Source of the DNA: Cetorhinus maximus
Lineage: Eukaryota
Direction: 5' to 3'
DNA length: 64,000 nt
Assembly (NCBI RefSeq): GCF_964194155.1
Contig: NC_135879.1
Coordinates: 26,040,001 to 26,104,000 of the forward strand
The notes under the pieces are model-generated. The model searched no databases. It saw only the letters and a program-made list of their open reading frames with translations, and was not told the origin of the DNA. The position numbers and the translations under genes are program-made. This document shows, in pieces, positions 61,876-64,000 of the stretch. The number at the start of each line of letters is the position of its first letter. Positions within the stretch are counted from its first letter, which is position 1.

Positions 61876-62605
61876 TGTTACGACCAGGTGCAAAGGGGCA
61901 AACCACCTCCCCTCTATTCAACCTCCTCAGTTGGTCACAATAAATATTTAAGATTTTTTTTCAAGAGGATATGCCTTTTCCAAATCAGAATGTATTTAAC
62001 TATTGAAGCTGTGAGCCAATCAAACAGGTTTTCTTGAGTCAAAGAGCAAATTTATTAACAACAAAGACTGAGAAAAATAATAATAATGTGACATGAAACA
62101 TTCGGCCTTCATGCAATCTTTTGGGCCCATAAACACAAACTCATATACAGATTTCAGCAAAAAAAAATGGTAAAAGAATATACGGTTAAGTGTCCTTTGA
62201 TTGTCCTTGAGGTGTAGATTTTAAAAACTGTGGCTGATTTGGGTTAGCTGGTTTCAGAGATGCAGTCAGATGTGGAAGTTGTTGCAAATATAACAAGATC
62301 TTAGTTCGTTAGTAGGTTTTTGGTAGAGTTGGCTTCTCAAACCGGGTGGCACTCTTATTCCAAGAGAGAGAGGGAGGGAGAGCAGCCCTCAGCCTGTTTC
62401 CTCTACCAAAGACTTTCTTACCACCACTGTGTCACTTGTAATCTTGTTCAAGTGGCTGGGAAGCCTTGCCTTAAAATACTTCACCCATTGTGTATTTCCA
62501 AGAGGTTTTGGGTGTGTCTGCCTATGGCAGCCATTGTTTCAATATCCAGTACTTTGCATTTTTAACCTCTCTTCCTTAAACAGTTACAAGTTATGATGTG
62601 TGACT
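61876..62605. mobile_element. Probable solo LTR
   Basis: Starts TGTTACGACC and contains TTTATT (minus-strand polyA signal). 3' end (TTACA or GTGAC) and TSD unresolved. Confidence 0.4.
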
Positions 62606-62637
62606 GGATAATTGGAACTGTCTCTCTCTTTTTTCCA

Positions 62638-62812
62638 ATTCATTTATGAGATATGGGCGTCGCTGGCTAGGCCAGCATTTATTGCCCATCCCTAATTGCT
62701 GTTGAGAAGGCGATGGTGAGCTGCCTTCTTGAACGGCTGCAGTCCATGTGGTATAGGTACACCCATTGTGCTGTTGAGGAGGGAGTTCCAGGATTTTGAC
62801 CCAGTGATAGCG
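62638..62812 (-). mobile_element. HER1-like LINE 3' tail fragment
   Basis: GCCAGCATTTATTGCCCATCCC..GGGAGTTCCAGGATTTTGACCC. Confidence 0.85.
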
Positions 62813-63099
62813 ACACACTCCCCTAATGCTGATTTGTTTCTCACCTTCATGGTGGACTGTGGTCTTGCATTTTTAAGCAGTTTGTTCCGTCTCAGTTCAA
62901 AGTGCAAAATTTCCAGTCAGTTGGAAGTTGAAAAATCATACTTTGACCTTGTGACACTACCAGAGACTCTACCAGAAACATACATGGAGTGGAAGAAAGT
63001 CATCCTCGGCCCCGAAGAACTGTCTGAGAGGAAGAAGAAGAAGTATTATTAGACCACCACCCTTGTCAATGTATCCCCTATTCAACAGATTGCCAGAAG

Positions 63100-63270
63100 T
63101 AAGACAGAAAATACTGGAAATATACAGAGGTTTAGTCAACATTTCAAATAAATGTAATGGTTGAGGTATAGTTCTTATGAAGGTTCAAAGCTGAAATGTT
63201 AATTTATCTTTCTCTTGCAGGTACTATTCAAAATGTTATGCTTTTATTTCAGATTTACAGCACTCATGTT
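63100..63270. mobile_element. Old palindromic mini-Penelope remnant just upstream of the last exon
   Basis: ACAGAAAATACTGGAAATATAC on the left; TTCTTATGAAGG..CTGAAATGTTAA..TTTATTTCAGATTT on the right; degenerate match to 60510-60750. Confidence 0.55.
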
Positions 63271-63348
63271 TTCCTTTCTTTTTATACCTCCTAGGATTAA
63301 TTGTCTGTGGTACAGGCATTTGTAACCTTTAGTTTTTTTTTGTGGCAG

Positions 63349-63413
63349 ATTCAATGGCCAGGACAGCCCAGATCATTCTGGAAGTAGTGCCACCAGAAGA
63401 ACATGATGACTGA
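63349..63413 (+). CDS. SLC7A11: SLC7A11 terminal coding exon (human exon 12 equivalent)
   Basis: Poly-T tract then gtggcag acceptor; phase matches exon 11 (A|AT). Encodes NSMARTAQIILEVVPPEEHDD*, compared with recalled human TRTLQIILEVVPEEDKL*. Confidence 0.93.
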
Positions 63414-64000
63414 TTAGCTCCACTGCTGGGACTAGCTGCTGATTGTTATGAATACTGTGAGCCTCAAACTCAAAATTGACTGAAAGAAATTCAGACAAAT
63501 GTATTAAATATTCATATGGCATTAACTCTCAATATAATTTCAAGACTGTGGCTTATAATTCCTTCCTCTCGATTTTTATTAAGGCTCGCAAGAGTGGATA
63601 CATCGGATTTCTTTCTCTCTCCCCATTCATTTACATCTTCCTAACTGCCCAGCCACATTTCTGTTCTATTCTCTAGCTTCTCACTGGTCTGTCCTGGGGT
63701 TTTTTTTTTGCCCTTCCCTCATCCCTCAGGCTGAATACATGTTGCCCTCTACCTCAGCCCTCTTCCATTTTCAGCCTTATAGCTTGTAGTTTTCCTTTGT
63801 GCTTGTCAAGAGAAAATAAAGAAACTAAACACAGAAGAGAAATGATAGCTAAGAAACAAAACAGAGTGGGTGAAATCAGTGCTTCGGGAAGTGTAGCAGG
63901 AAAATAGACCTGAGTAAAAGGTTGTAGTTGACCACTTTATATTCATGTAATTTTTGCTAAATTAAGTGAGGAGAGAAATGTCTCCCATTGGACTATGAGA
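63414..64000 (+). other. SLC7A11: Start of SLC7A11 3' UTR; candidate proximal AATAAA at 63815-63820
   Basis: Directly follows the TGA stop. The AATAAA hexamer is visible but its use is unverified. Confidence 0.6.

Overview
Eukaryotic (vertebrate) genomic DNA, very probably a shark or other elasmobranch, judged from the HE1-type SINE, HER1/CR1 LINE tails and the Penelope 3' ends. The window holds the 3' half of the cystine/glutamate antiporter gene SLC7A11 (xCT) on the + strand. Six coding exons (equivalent to human exons 7-12; coding lengths 124, 104, 97, 150, 178 and 65 nt) have GT-AG borders and splice in frame to a stop at 63411-63413. Nearly everything else is intronic transposon material: three decayed two-gene PIF/Harbinger elements (DDE transposase plus spliced Myb/SANT gene), many Harbinger-type MITEs, a Penelope element with fold-back derivatives carrying hammerhead-like motifs, CR1-type LINEs, a Vingi/I-like LINE, SINEs and a Gypsy remnant. 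Most ORFs in the supplied track are spurious or are TE fragments. The most unusual items are (i) a Gypsy element whose RT domain is replaced by a UACA-like host coiled-coil fragment, (ii) a MITE family with a conserved hairpin array showing a compensatory change and a palindromic subterminal box shared with a gene-carrying Harbinger, and (iii) palindromic mini-Penelope insertions with target-site duplications and hammerhead-like cores. All family names come from recalled motifs; no database search was run.
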